NCBI RefSeq assembly: GCF_000497125.1
Contig: NC_090603.1
Span: forward strand, 186,001-250,000
DNA length: 64,000 nucleotides
Origin: Spironucleus salmonicida
Lineage: Eukaryota
Direction of reading: 5' to 3'
Of this stretch, positions 24,405 to 38,311 are shown in pieces (the stretch's first letter is position 1; each line of letters begins with the position of its first letter). Position numbers and translations under genes: made by a program. The notes below the pieces were generated by a model, which was not told where the DNA came from, ran no database searches, and worked only from the letters and a program-made list of their open reading frames with translations.

Positions 24405-26078
24405 ATGAAGTAAAATATGTATGGCTCTAGGCCAACATCTACTAGTTAAAAAACTACTCTTAATTCAGCAAAATCTCAATCAGAATCCTAAATTGCTAAA
24501 GAGAATGCAGAACGAAGGAAAAGATAATAAAATTTATAAAAAAGACTTGAAGATGAAGAATAGCAAAGAATATAAGATGCTTTACTAAAGAAAAAATAAC
24601 AATAATAACAAATTACATAGATAGCAAGATAAGCAGTAAAATCTACTCCAATTTCCTAAAAAAAGTAACATATACGATCTGAGTCGCCAGATCCTAAGTA
24701 GGAAGCACAATAAGATTTTTAAAAATTTCTCAGCAAGGTTAAGGAAGCAGCTGGTGCAACGAATTTAGATTTTTTAGAAAAAAATCTATCATAAAGTAAA
24801 TCTCGAATTGCCTCAGCAAAAGCTGAGCCAACACCTCTTGATTAATCAAGATAGAGAATCAATGATTTACCAAAATAAAAAATAGACCCATTAAATGATA
24901 TGTATAATGATGATAAAACTCTTATAGATACGTCAGATGATTAAGAGTATGAAAATGAATATGATAGGAAAATTTTTGTTTAAAAAGAACAATTACAGAT
25001 TGAAATGCTTAGTAACAGTTCAGATGATGAAGAAGAAGTATCTAGACGGTAGTTAAGTATTAGATAAAAATAGAATGAACTTCGTGAGTTAACAGAAAGT
25101 AAGAAATTAGACAGAAGTGTAATAGAGTAAGTCAAATAATTTAAAGAATCATAATAGAGAGCTTTAAAGGTATAAGAGACTCTTAAAACTAAAAATAAGC
25201 AAGACATATAGAAGCCACCACCAGCTCGTAAACATCCTGGTTAGTAAGAATAATCAAGATTATCATTAGAAATAAAAAACTATACATCTTAGGAAAAACA
25301 ACTTGAAAATGAGTTAAACCAATTAGATTAGAAATTATACAAACTTGATTAGCTTTCTGTTATCAATTTAGAAAATATATAATAATATAATTCTAACACA
25401 GAAGCATCCGTTTTTGATAATTTTAATTCAAGAATTGATGATTAAACTTAAATTGAGTTATTAGCTCTTAATTAAGCATAATTGGATTCTGATGGAAATA
25501 TTACCAATAAAGATGAAGTAGCAGCTATTTAACGTAAGTTGCGAGCTGAACTCAGTAGAAAAATTATTTCATAATCAACAGCTGGTAAAGCAAAAAAATA
25601 ACTATAGGTTGTTAATATAATTAGTTAAACACCTATTATTTCCAATTAACTTATCGAAGATAATACTCCCAAAAAGCTTGAGCGTAAAATATAACCTGTA
25701 GATTAGAATGCTATTAATGCTATGTTCATGAACGAATAACCATCAAATAGTAAAGAAGATCTATTTAGGGCTATAGTTTAATAACAAGAATTTCCAGTTA
25801 GAAAAATATAAAATTATGAACCAATTTAGTAAAATATTTATGATACTGCTCCCGCTGTTGAACTTTCTATGGCTGCATAGGAAGCATTATCTAGATATGA
25901 TGGATCTCTAAATGAAAATTTTTAGGAAAAGGAAATCAACGATGAAAGTGATATGGATGACTTATATGGAAATATGTAAGAAGTAAATTTTAAAAGAGGT
26001 AGTGTTGAATATAAAGGCGAAATTTATGAAGCTGATGATGATGATGAAGATTATGATTTTGGCGGTATTTCAGAATGA
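24405..26078 (+). CDS. Coiled-coil hypothetical protein with acidic tail, 557 aa
   Basis: Long table-6 ORF MKQNMYGSRPTSTSQK...DDEDYDFGGISE, Q/E/K-rich. Confidence 0.8.
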
Positions 26079-26081
26079 GTT

Positions 26082-26321
26082 TCACAAATATTTCACTTGC
26101 TAAATTAAAGACATTATATCATCGTCTAATTATTCTAACTAAACGAAATCACCAGGAGGTAAGCTATTAAGTTGAATTTCTAAATTAATATTATTTATCA
26201 TTCCAGTAAAATCTTTACTATTTAAGCAATCTTTTGGATAATTAAATTACATAGAAAAAACCGGCTCCTTCTCAGGTAAGATCAGAGGAGGAAGAGTATC
26301 TGGATAAGGTAAATTAGACAT
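26082..26321 (-). CDS. Small hypothetical protein, 79 aa
   Basis: ORF MSNLPYPDTLPPLILPEKEP...IQQVKYL, AT-rich upstream, stop 3 bp from the convergent gene. Confidence 0.55.
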
Positions 26322-26393
26322 ATTAATGAAATGAAAGATTAATTATATTAATTGGTATAATGGTATATAAATTTAAATATGAAACATCGAAAA

Positions 26394-28568
26394 TCAGATC
26401 ACTAAATCATCTAGTAAGTCCCCGAAAACATTTATACCCTAAAATATTTCTAATATCTCATGTTTCTCGAAAATTTAGAACAAGCTGCTTTAATGATAAT
26501 AGTTGATGTCCTTATTATCAACATTCCTAGAAGATCTTATTTTACTAGAGTTTAATTAATATTAATGATAAAACTAACTAACATCATAACTACTACTATT
26601 TTATGGTTATATTCTAATTAATTATGGCTTTTGTTTCGGTGTAAAAACATACCTTGAATCGTTCTTGCGTTGAGATATAAATGAAATAAATGTTCTGAGA
26701 AGTATATCCAGAATGCTCTTAATTTCGTGAGGTTAGTTATCTAAGTTCAGCTATGATTTTAGAGTATCAAGCTATTTTTCTAATAAATTTTACTCTAGTA
26801 AGAATAAATGATGATACTGGTATCCTAAGCCTAATATTGTTACGAATAACTTTGCATTAACAATAGGTTTCACATTTAGGAGTTGTTATTATATAATTTA
26901 AGATGTAGGACGCTCAAGCTTTTCCTAAGTTTTTTATACATCATCAAGAATTTATTAGTGTTAAGCTGAAATTGATGGTTTTTAGCTCGATGGTGGAGAG
27001 CTTATAGGCTAACTAATCACTGGCGGATGGAAAGGTGTTGTAATAGGAGGAGAATTAGGTGGAATGTTATGCTAAATAATTTACTATGGTGGAGGTTACT
27101 ACTATGGCTTCGATTATGGTATTCCTTTATGCTTTTCTACAATCGATTTTAGTTACTCAAAAATTTTAACACTTTGCTACTGCTGTAAAATACTTTACAT
27201 TTATTGAAAATCATAAATTTTAACCGTAGATTTAAGTTATCCTTTTACTTTTAAAAGTAGCATAAGATTTTCCTAGTAGTTAAATTACTAGTGAAATTTT
27301 TTCATTTCTTAATCATTAACGCATTTCTAGTGCATATCCTAAGACCTTTCATATAATTTTAATATTTTTTCACGGAAAAGCTGATTGTCTGAAGTAATTA
27401 ATTGTGTTTTTGCTTTTTTCTCAATAATATTAGCATTCCATACTTGCAAAACTCTCGTTAATATTCCTTATAATTAACTTTCTTATATAGAACTTCGTTC
27501 TTTTTCTTTGAATCTAATTGTATTCATTTCTTAAGCCTTAAATGACATCCGGTAACCTACAGATCCATGTATTGGTAGTTAAGAAGGCAGTTGTCCATGA
27601 AGCAATTTTGATACGGCATCAGGTGATAGCTATTTAAGCACTGACATGACTTACTTAACTTTATCATCAGTTTAATTAACAGTTGGTTAATGAGTTTAAA
27701 CAGGTTACGGTTATTATTATTAAGGTATATGAGGTTTAAATGGTACTTATTATACTTCCTTTTTGATAACAGGTACTTACATAACAGGAACAATAACAGG
27801 TGGCTTAATTTATGGCTTTTATACTTTTTATAAAATTTCTATGACTTTCTCCTTTAATTCACCCTCAAAAGGAATTCCTCTAATTTTCTTAATCTATTAA
27901 TCAATTGGAAGCTGTAAAATTTTCTCAGCAGCAACTTTACAAAGTTTTTATATACTGTCTTTATCATTGGATACAGCGGCAACACCAGTTTGATTGACCA
28001 TTTCGGATATAAATGTATGATTCTTTGAACAAAGCAAAATAAGTGTTTATATTGGTTTGAACAATTAATCTTCAATAACATGTTAGGAATTATTTTATTA
28101 TGGCGGAGGCTGTGGTGTTTAAGTAGGCTGTGGTGACTAAATCATATGTGGTGGTTTTTACTGTTAAAATGTGAGATTTTAAGGAGGTGGAAGCATGGGC
28201 GGTAACATAGGTGGCAACTTAAGAGGCTGTGGTTATAAAGTTTATTTTTACAAATTTAGAACCTCTTAAACTGGCATAATTTCAGTAGTTATAAATGTGC
28301 GGCAAAGATTACTTTATGGCAATAGAATGCGAAAGTCTGTAGTATTAGACATACCTTCAACAAATAAAGGCTATGCCATTTTATAAGCGCAAATTTCGCG
28401 AGTATACAATGAAAGCTCAGCGTGAATTTCAGAGGATACCTACTCTTAAGATTCTGCACTAAGGTGTTCTTACAATATTTTAGCTACTTTCACCGCCATT
28501 TAAAATGATTCGAATACAATTTAAATTGGTTCACCTTGAATAGATAGAGAAATTGAGTGTGGAGGCAT
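26394..28568 (-). CDS. Pro/Gln-rich hypothetical protein, ~724 aa
   Basis: Start MPPHSISLSIQGEP with CCACTCC upstream. End FGDLLDDLVI-TGA in the same frame, spot-checked internally. Confidence 0.75.
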
Positions 28569-28843
28569 TCGGGTTGGAGTGGTAAAGTGAAAAGTAGGTT
28601 TTATACTTAATATTAGTATACTTTCCTAACTTAAAAAATAAATCTTACTTCACAAAAGTGATATTAAATAATGTACACCATAGTATTTTATAGATTAATT
28701 ATTATTAGTAGTATACGTATTAATTATTATATAATTCTACTAATTCCATATTTTAAATTTTGATTTAAGTTCACTCCCAATTTTCCTCAAATTATATATT
28801 TTTCTATTTAACATTATTATACATAATCTACTATATCCCATCA

Positions 28844-28850
28844 CCACTCC
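28844..28850 (+). promoter_or_regulatory. C-rich CCACTCC promoter-like element (also at ~28576-, ~32919-, 33232+, 43341-, 53877+)
   Basis: Recurs 7-16 nt upstream of ATG on the coding strand of at least six genes. Resembles the C-rich upstream motif described for Spironucleus salmonicida. Confidence 0.75.
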
Positions 28851-28859
28851 TTTAATTCG

Positions 28860-29582
28860 ATGTTCGACTCCACCATTAAAAAGCAAACAACCGTCAAAAA
28901 AGTAGTCAAAAAAATCGCCAAAAAGCAGTCTGCACCAAATATCTACGATAAAACGCAGATCGGAAAGCTCATTATCCTGACACCGAAAGAAGACTCCACC
29001 GCCATCCTGCAGTCGCTCTAGGAGCGCGCAATTGCGCGCCGGACCGCCGCACCTACGCCCGCGGCTTCAGACTTTTCGAGCCTCCCGAAGCACCTGAACG
29101 CCCCCGCGGAGGAGGTGGCGCTTCTGTGGCCCCTGAAAGCAGCCATCCAGTCGCAGGGAACCGACCAGCAGGCGGAGACATCGTATAAGGCGCTCCTGGC
29201 CGCACTCCGCGCTGCCCTCAACACTGGTCACGTCCATCAGGCTGAAATCACGCCGGAAACGCAGAAAATCGGCTCGCTACGCACCAAAATCACCAATTTC
29301 CAGGCAATTTGCGACAGCCTCAACCGCGCCAAAGAGGTCGTCAGCAAGTTCATCTCGCATCAGTTCGAGTGCGACTGCGCCGTCAACGACACCGACGGCG
29401 CTCTGCTCATCAAGAAACGTCTCCCAAACGACCAGATAGTCGGTATAATCAGGCGCTTCAAGAGCGAGTTCGTGCAGTGCGTGAGTTGCGGGAGCCTGAA
29501 CACGATTATCAGCAAGAACGAGGGCCTGAGAGATCAGCTTTTGAGCTGTGAGGAGTGCCAGGCGCAGAGGCACATCAAGTGA
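28860..29582 (+). CDS. EIF2S2: Translation initiation factor eIF2 beta subunit, 240 aa
   Basis: Lys-rich N-terminus and C-terminal C2-C2 finger EFVQCVSCGSLNT...LSCEECQAQR. Ends AAGTGA. Confidence 0.85.
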
Positions 29583-29873
29583 GCGAGAAAATGTTTATTT
29601 TGAGCGTTTTTGAAGCGAAAATATTAGCTCGAGTATGCTATAATAGTACTTCTGTGATTGCAGAATTTATGAGATGGAGATAAGATAAATTTCACGGTAA
29701 AATGTTTTGGGTGATCTGGCAGAGCGAGATACATATTATTAAGTGATTGAAAGGTAATAATTTTTATAAATAATGTCGAACATGTAAGTATCAGTGAGGG
29801 TCGACGTTCTCAATTACAGGATTTTTTCATAATAATAAAATTAATAATAATATATAAAATTAATGTATTAAAA

Positions 29874-30200
29874 ATGGGTTGTGGACTGTAAGTTTCTGCT
29901 CAAAATTAGAAGTTACCCCTTGAGGAATCTGAGATTGCACAGTTAAGTTCACGTAAATCTGACAAATTAGTCGCTTTGGTTGATACTGACTCGCAACATC
30001 CTGATTTTGGATGTTCCTCTATGTGGGACTAAGGGGACGAATTATCTCAGTCAAATATATCTATTTAAAACACGAAATACAGTTAGTTTACAAATTATAC
30101 AGCATTCTTGCATTGGTAAGAAGGGGTATTATTTTAGAAAGATGAGGAATTCATAAAACCAGACTAATTTTAAAACGAAAATGTTGAAGGGATATTTTGA
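29874..30200 (+). CDS. Small protein with MGC N-terminus (putative dual acylation), 108 aa
   Basis: ORF MGCGLQVSAQNQKLPLEESE...EGIF. Confidence 0.6.
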
Positions 30201-30464
30201 ATTATTTGGTCATCAAATTATTAGTAACGAATTAGTATTCGCTATGTTAGTATCTATTTTACTTGTTTATTGTCAGAATACATATAGAATGAATCACTTG
30301 CATTAAATGTAATTTAATGGTTAAACTATCACTATTACACTCTTTTGTTACTTATTATTAGTATATCCAACCATTCATTAGGTAACAAATAAATTAAAAA
30401 AGTTACTAAGAAAATCTTCTAAATACTAAACTATTAAATAATTTATTATCATAAACTAGGTTAA

Positions 30465-30815
30465 TCATAGAAAATTATCATACTCGCCGTAATCACTGTC
30501 ATCAAACTATGGGTAATTCCAGTAGAACAATTAATCAGTGACTATCAAATTTTATTTCGGTAGTAATGTTTTTTTGTCTTAAAAATTATATATGAGAACA
30601 GTGGGTAATGTTGATGGAGTGATATGTTAAAATGTAGGTAATTAATTAAAAGGCTTGAGACTTTTAATAATTTTATAGTATTTATTTTTAAGGGAGTAGT
30701 AATCGATATTAGGGAAATATATCTCAGCAATTAGCTACCATTCGCAGCCTAATTCCGCACATGCGTCAAGAAGAGTTGTTTCTAGCTCAATGGTCCATAT
30801 AATTTTTTTTGGCAT
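30465..30815 (-). CDS. Myb-like DNA-binding domain protein, 116 aa
   Basis: WTIELETTLLDACAELGCEWQLIAEIYFPNIDYYSLKNKYY fits a Myb/SANT repeat. Confidence 0.85.
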
Positions 30816-31760
30816 TAACCATAAAAATTTAACTATACAATATATTATAATATACTTATTCCAGTAGAAACTATCTATGCTGCTTTATAAGTTATGTATT
30901 ATTGAATCATATAATAGTATATTAATAATTTTATCTATAAATCAATTTATTTAAATTCTAAATATATGATGGATAAATTATTTTTCTGCATATCAATATT
31001 AAATTTGTATTTGTGTATTCATTTTACTTAAATATTATATTATTAACACTAATATTTATGCTACTTTTTAATTAAGAAATCAATAATTATATATTATGAG
31101 ACCTATGTGGAATTATCTATTATAATACTATAAATGATTTAATATAGGTATTTCATAATTGAAAGTTCTACTATATATAATGTAACTTTAAAAAGTATTT
31201 AAAACCCATAGATATTTAAAAATATTACTAATGGAGAATATTAATACATATTCAACTAGGTATGACTTTTTTAAATAGTTAAAAGTACTAGCTAGAGTTT
31301 TAATTCACTAAATATTAAATATTAAAGTTAGAACATATCTATTATAAATTTAAACTATTAGAAGTATTCATCATATTTTAAATAACATGCATTCATTTTT
31401 AGTACTTACTGTTTTGTTTTTAGTATAAATAGAATACCTTAATCAAAATAAATCATATTTTATGAATACATGTACAGTCTATACCTTAGTTATAATGTAA
31501 GAATACTGAATTCATGATATTTAAGGGAATTTATTAGATGGAAACATATTTAGTCAACTGCCGTTTAATAAAATACATATAAAATTTTTATCATGATGAA
31601 ATATATTATATTAATAAATCTTAAATAAATATATAACTGATAGTCACTCCACAGTATTTAAAACTAAAGCAATAACTATATAAGTAAAATTTAATAGTAA
31701 TTAGAGCTATCATAATTTATTATCATATAATATTAATTATATTGTTTTATTCCGCAAAAA

Positions 31761-32006
31761 ATGGCACCGCCTAAAGCAACTGAATATGACTAAGTGTAAC
31801 AAGATGTTAATTGGCGTTCCCGTATTTAGTCTGAAGAAAAATCTCAGTTTAGTGCTTAAAGAGAAAGACTTTATAACTTAGTTGAAACTGAAGAAGGTAA
31901 GTGGAGACCATAAAAAAAATTATTTTCAAGCAGAGATTGTGTACCTCTTCCTGAGTATCCTATGCCACCAAAAGAGAAGAAATAGAATCCCGATTTTTAT
32001 GGATGA
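31761..32006 (+). CDS. Small hypothetical protein, 81 aa, weakly similar to ciliary inner-protein motifs
   Basis: ORF MAPPKATEYDQVQQDVNWRSRIQSEEK...DFYG. Confidence 0.6.
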
Positions 32007-32079
32007 TGAGTAAGCCAATGAGGTCATATCTAGCAACTTATATATATTTCTTTTGTATATTTTTGACTTTCCTTAAATA

Positions 32080-32307
32080 ATGAAAACCAACCTCAATTAG
32101 TATAACTAAGTTTTAGAAGCTGAAGTATCATCTTATTAGAGAAAGTAAGAGATACTACGTATATCTAGTTAGATATACGATAAAATACATAGTAAATTCT
32201 GGTTTTAAGCTCCGTATCTAACCAAAAAGGCAGCAGAAAATGGGGCAAAATTGTATAGCTAAGTCTACGGAATTGTATCATAGGAGATAGTAAAATCTTT
32301 GAAATGA
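32080..32307 (+). CDS. Small hypothetical protein, 75 aa
   Basis: ORF MKTNLNQYNQVLEAEVSSYQRKQE...IVKSLK. Confidence 0.5.
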
Positions 32308-32332
32308 AAAATTTTCTCACTTAATATTCGCA

Positions 32333-32911
32333 TCAGAAAATATCATCCATGTTCTAGTCGTGCTCTATAATTTCAGGCTATTTTTATATCTAAACACTAA
32401 CATTTTCACCTTTCATCTCAGCTTATAAGGCGGCTAAATCTTGATCAACTTCGTACTAATCAACTCCGTCTTAAGCAAACATAGCAAACTACTAGTCGAT
32501 TTATTATACTGCCATACTAAGCTACTACTACTCCATTTAGACTTCTTAGAAATCTTACATTAGATCTGTAGGGTCTCCAATTTGTTTAATAGCTTCTTTT
32601 TAAACTTCGATAACCTGTTTCGTTGTTTAGGCAATTTGAACTTAGCCTTAAACCTTTTGAATGGCCATCATTTAGTTCTAGAGACCTTTTACTTACTGTT
32701 CATAAGTTTTCTACATTTATAGAGACTATTATGCACCTGCGGGATTGTTCGATGCCAGTTATTACTTAGCTCGATTTCTTGCTTCCGAAGCTAAATTAGT
32801 ATAGTTGTTAATTTGAGCATTAAGTTTTTCTATCATAGCCTATTATGTTAATTTTGGTGGCTAGTTTGAAGGTGGTGGAGGAGGTGCTTGCTATTTCTTC
32901 TTGAAAAACAT
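32333..32911 (-). CDS. Snf7-family ESCRT-III protein, 192 aa
   Basis: MFFKKKQQAPPP N-terminus, helical hairpin with RAKQQLASNNPAGAQQSLQMQKTYEQQ, acidic DQYEVDQDLAALQAE. Confidence 0.75.
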
Positions 32912-33253
32912 TGAATGTGGAGTGGGATGCTAAAGAGAGGATTTATTCATGAGGAAAGAAATGATCAAATTAAATTATTATATCTTATATATTCTTTATA
33001 TGAACTTTAAACAGAGGATTTATAAAGATTTTATCTATACATATCTAGTATCCCAGCTCGTTCCACTGTCAGTTTCGACTCTAAATTTCGCAATTCCCAT
33101 TTATACCTACAATAATGCTAACATTTACCTAAAATTAGCCTTTATAACTGCACCATAAAATTTTCATCACACCAACTCCTACATTTTTTCCACACAAAAT
33201 ATTATTATTATATCATAATAACGATATTTTTCCACTCCAAATTTTATCAAAAA

Positions 33254-34444
33254 ATGGAGTCACCGCTATCGCGCTCCGTGTCGAACTCGCTCTCCCAGTC
33301 GGGCCGTAAGCGCGTGATCAAGCGTGTGGTTGTGCGGAAGGTGCGTCAGACGCCCTAGAAGGGCCAGCTCTCGCCTGCCTTCAACGGCGAGTTGTTCGGC
33401 AACGGCTCTGTCCTGCAGGACGGAGCCCTCCAGGCGTCTCCCGTGGCGTCCCCAATTGCTGTAATCAATCCGCTGGCGATCTCCTCCCGCGAGGTCTCGC
33501 CGCTGAACTCGCGCGCGCTCTCGAACTCGCGAAAGCCAACCGCAGTCACGACCTCCCGGTCGCGTCCTATTTCACGCTCACGCGCGCGTGGGGCGCAGCA
33601 GAAGAGCGTGAATTAGCCTGACCGCTTCGGAACGGCCATTTTTGCGGTGAAAGCGCCGCAAACGCCGATAAAGCACGAAAAGCTGCCCCTGGACCCGCTG
33701 CAGACCGAGAGGAACCTGACGCGGCAGCTATAGTAGCAGATAGACTTTCTGTGCGATCGGGAGCTGTTTGACAAGCTGAACACCCAAATCGCGCAGCTTT
33801 AGAGCAGCTTGAAGGAGAAAAATAACGATATTTCGGGCCTCAGAAAGCAGCTGAGTCTGCGCGAAAAATCAATTAAAAGCGCAAGCTGCGAGGACCAGTT
33901 CGGAAAGTCGCTTTTCGAGAAGTTGCATGACGAAATTAAGTACAAAAACAAGGAAAATTAACACCTTAAAGAGCATATAAAATCGCTATAAAATTAAAAT
34001 GACAAACTTGAAAAACGGGAGCGGGAGCTGAACACAAAACTACCGCTCCTTTTCTACAAATTGACTGGAGAGAACTGCGAAATCGACGAAATGGTGAATG
34101 CTCTAGATAACATATAATAATAGGAAATATCTAAAAGGATGCAGTGCGCGAACCTTTTAAGCGAAAACGACGAAAAAGGAAGCGAAATACGTATGCTAAT
34201 CGCAGAAAAAACGAGTCTGAAAAAGATTATTTCACAAAAGGAGCGAAAATTCGAATTTGATTTGCGAAATTTACAAGTAAAAAACGAAAGCTTAGAAGAG
34301 AAATTGAGCCAGTTCAGCGCTGATTACGAGGAGCTCATTAAGGAGTATAAGAACGTCGTGTTGAGGGTTTAGAACAATGGGAGTATTTGTGCTGAGGAGA
34401 GCTTCGATTATGGGTAGTTTGCAGAAGATGGAGATGATATGTGA
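33254..34444 (+). CDS. Ser/Arg-rich, coiled-coil hypothetical protein, 396 aa
   Basis: Joins track ORFs 33392 and 34139 in frame, CCACTCC upstream. Confidence 0.8.
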
Positions 34445-34796
34445 GAGAGTTTTTATGGAATGGAAAATTGCATTCATAAATATTCATTTTAAGTATATAA
34501 TAATATATATAATTTACGACTACATTTCCGTTTCCTACAAAATTATTAATAACTGATTATTATATGTAATATAATATTTAATCTAGGTAAAACTAAAAAA
34601 CGGAGTGAAATTCAGATTTGTACTGAGAAACACAATTATCCTCTATATTACTCAATTAAATAGTATAATAATCGCTTAAGAAACTCTACTTACCTACGAA
34701 TTTTCCTCAAATTCCATCAAAATATTTTCCCAACTGATATAACAAATTCGCAATATTCAATTTCCACATATAATAATATAATATAATAATAATACC

Positions 34797-37700
34797 TCAC
34801 TCACCCCCCTCCCGCATCGCCTTCACGCAGCGCATCAACGCAGCCGGCAGCACCTCGCTCCGGCGCTCATCGCCCGCGTCCATGACGTTTCTGACGTGAC
34901 ACAAAAACGCGAGCGTCACATTATCAGTTTTTGAGGAGTGGAAATTCAAATTCAAAGTGACTTTTTTGCAGTTCAAAAGCAGCTCATTCGTCAAGTCTGA
35001 GCGCTAAATAACCAGCGACGCGAGGATCAAAATCTGAGATTTTTCGACCTCAGAAACTGTAAAATACTTCATAATTGCATCGAAAACGAAGTTGTGCGGA
35101 ACGACGATTTTGCGCACGTAAAAATCAGTATTGTTCTGCGCTCTAAAAATGGATATAAGCACGTCAATTCCGTTTATATCAAGTTCGTCGATTCCCAATT
35201 TGAGTAATTCCTGCGCGAATCTGCTAATCGTTTCCGGCGCCTGAAATTTTATAAAATTTTCGTAAATTGTCCAGGAAGTTTTTTGATATTGTTATTATTA
35301 TATAATTTAATATAAAAATTCCAAAAAAATTTTTTCGTTTTTAAATTCTCGGAAAATTGTTTTGAAGTACTTGAAAGTCAGAAATTTTTCGAAAATTTGG
35401 AAGTTGAGGTTTTCGGCACAAAATTCAGCGAATTTTGCGGTGAATTTGCCGCGTTGCGTGCTTCGCGTGGAAATGCAATTCTCAGAAATTACGAAATTTC
35501 GGTCTTTTTCGAATAAAAAGACGAAGATGTCGCAATAAATGGCCTGCTAGGAGCTACTTTTCGCTTAAAAATACAGCTCCTGAAAAACGAGTTTATATAT
35601 TAATATTATATCAATTGTTAGCTATTTTGGAATTTAATGAACACAAAATTCTATATTTTAGTGTATATTATTGATAATATCCAAAATTTCGCCGTAGAAA
35701 TTAAAAAACTACATTTTTAATTTTATTATCACATTTAATATATTTTAATATATTATTAATAATTCCGAATTTAGTTTTTATTATTTAACATATATATTAA
35801 TATATATTAATAATGTTTTTGCATTTTCTGAAGTTAACAAAACAGATCCCGAAAACCTCAAAATGTCCTCCAAATTGACCGTTTCCGGCGCAAATTTGTT
35901 GAAATTGAATATTTTCATCAAATTGAAGTAATTTCCATTGTTTTCGCCCATGTCTCTGAGCGCCAATTTTTGCAAAACATGACCATAAATATTGCAAAGA
36001 TTTTGACTTTTCATTCCTTCTCCGTATTTTACGAGAATTTCGATGTACAAATTCGTCGTTTTTTGCGTCAAATTTTTGTCTTTTTGCATGTTTAAAATGC
36101 CGTTTGCGAAAGATAAAATTCCAGCTTTCGCTTTGAATTCGATTTTCCACTCCTTTTTGATAAAATCGTTGAAAATTGTGAGCATTCGATGAAAATTCGC
36201 TGTAGACGTTAAAGGCGCAGTATAATTACATTGGAAATAGTTGAAAATTTCGATATTTTTGGTCCATTTAATGAAATTCCGGAATGAAAAATTAAGCATA
36301 TTATGATATATTATTTCAGTATTACTTTACGGTAGAATTTTTTGCATTATGATATCTTGAATTTCGTGTTTGCCAAAAATGAAATTTGGAAAACGCTGAA
36401 AACTGAGCCTTTGGGATAGCAGTAGAGCCAGTTGGATGTTTTCGTTCGTCTCTTCAAACTGGTAAAAGGACTAAATTTTTGAGTCAATTTCGTTGCTGAT
36501 CCAGGACATTTACTTTGATGTGAGGCCTTTGTTAATGTTGATTTCTAGGCCCGAAAAGGCCAAAACTTCGTCTTTCAAGCAGTTCAAAACGGTGCTTCTA
36601 ACGTGCGAGTTTTCGCTAAAAATTGGAATGAAAAATTGAATTTAATTCTATATTTGATAGCAAAGGGTTAGCGAAACTGGAAGTTTCAAATTAAAACTTT
36701 CTCTCATGAATTTAAAAATCAAAATAATAAGAATATGAGGGGCAGAGAGTAGAAAATGAATTTAAATTGACGAAAGTGTTGCTTGTGATGCTAATATTGT
36801 GAAAAATTTGTCTCTTAATTAAGCAATTTGAGATTATTCTAACATACTAAAGTGCGTGAATACTACATTAAAAGAATTGAAAAAGTGACTATTAATGAAA
36901 TCTTAGTCCGTATCCAAATCTAATAATTCTTCTAATTCCATATTCAAAAGAACGATTATTGCTTCTTCAAGAGTTTCTTATTATTGACCATCTTAAATAA
37001 TATATTCATTTAGTTCAAATACTTCATCTAAATCAGTAAGTTATGGAATTCCTGGAAAATCTTCAAAAATAAGATCATTTAACAGCGAGAACTAAAGCTT
37101 ATTAATTACTATCTCTCGTTATGATTCATTAAATAGAGAAAAAATAAGATGAAAGTAATTAAGATGCTCGCATTTCATACCTTCTACTTCTAAATCATTC
37201 TACGATTTGTGGAAATTATCTAGTGTATTAACATCCCTAAATTATGTGTACAATATCGGAAGTAAGCCAAAATAATTTCTGAAAGATCTCTCTAATTTAT
37301 ATGGTTAGTTTTCTAGACTACTATCTATTATTTTAGAATTTCGTCTATTTGGTGGGGCATATTGCCAAAACTACGGAAATGGATAGTTTAATTGAAGCTG
37401 AACATTAGCATATGTTAATAAGTATATTATTGGATCAAAATTTAATAAATTAATTAATTTTTAGTCTAATTTTTAGACCTATATTTTGTTTACTAATCCT
37501 TCCTTTTATATCTCTATATGTTAAAGATTAATATTATTTTTTTATAAAAATATTTAAAATAAATCTGGAAATGACTTGATAGATTATTTAAGTAAATTAT
37601 TAGTAAATAAGAAATCATATAGAACTATTATATCTTAAGAATTAGAAAGCAATTCCAGAGATGGATAGTAGCTTGATACTTCTAATATTTATTTAAATGG

Positions 37701-38171
37701 ATCTACAATAATATCTGGGTAAATATATGTTAATATATCTTCGGCTAAATATTTGAAAATAGATTTCTGAGAAAAATAGAAATTTTTGAAATGGGAATGA
37801 AATATTAAATTCTTTTAGTCAAAAACACAGAATAAAGATAGGGTTTCCAATGTAAAATCTTTGGTTTGAATAAATTTTAAAAGAGCAGCTGATGTAGGTG
37901 AATTTTGAGAAAATAAAAATAATGAGGTCTCCAGTCTGGATTTCTACATAGGATTAACAATTATTTTCATTAATTAGTTTTACAGTTGATTTGGAATAGG
38001 GTTCATATAAAATAGTGGCAATAAAGAATTTTTAAGTTCTATATCTTAATCAAAAAATGATAAATGCATTAATAATTCTTATGGCTCTATGATAGAAGAC
38101 TCTAACATAAAAAATAACTTTAAATAAAATTAGTCTTTCGAGGTTTCATATAAAGGTAGCAGCTAGTTCAT
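34797..38171 (-). CDS. Large hypothetical, probably helical-repeat protein, ~1124 aa
   Basis: Track ORFs 34797, 35004 and 35781 share a frame with ATG 38171 (MNQLLPLYETSKD). Ends GAGTGA. Not every codon was checked. Confidence 0.7.
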
Positions 38172-38311
38172 TATAGGAAATTTGGAATGAAATAATTACG
38201 TATATATTAAAATAATATTATAATAATACAATCAGATTTTATCCATTATCATATGAAATATCTTAATCATTAAACAATATATAATTGAATGGTTATTTAC
38301 TTACTTCCTTT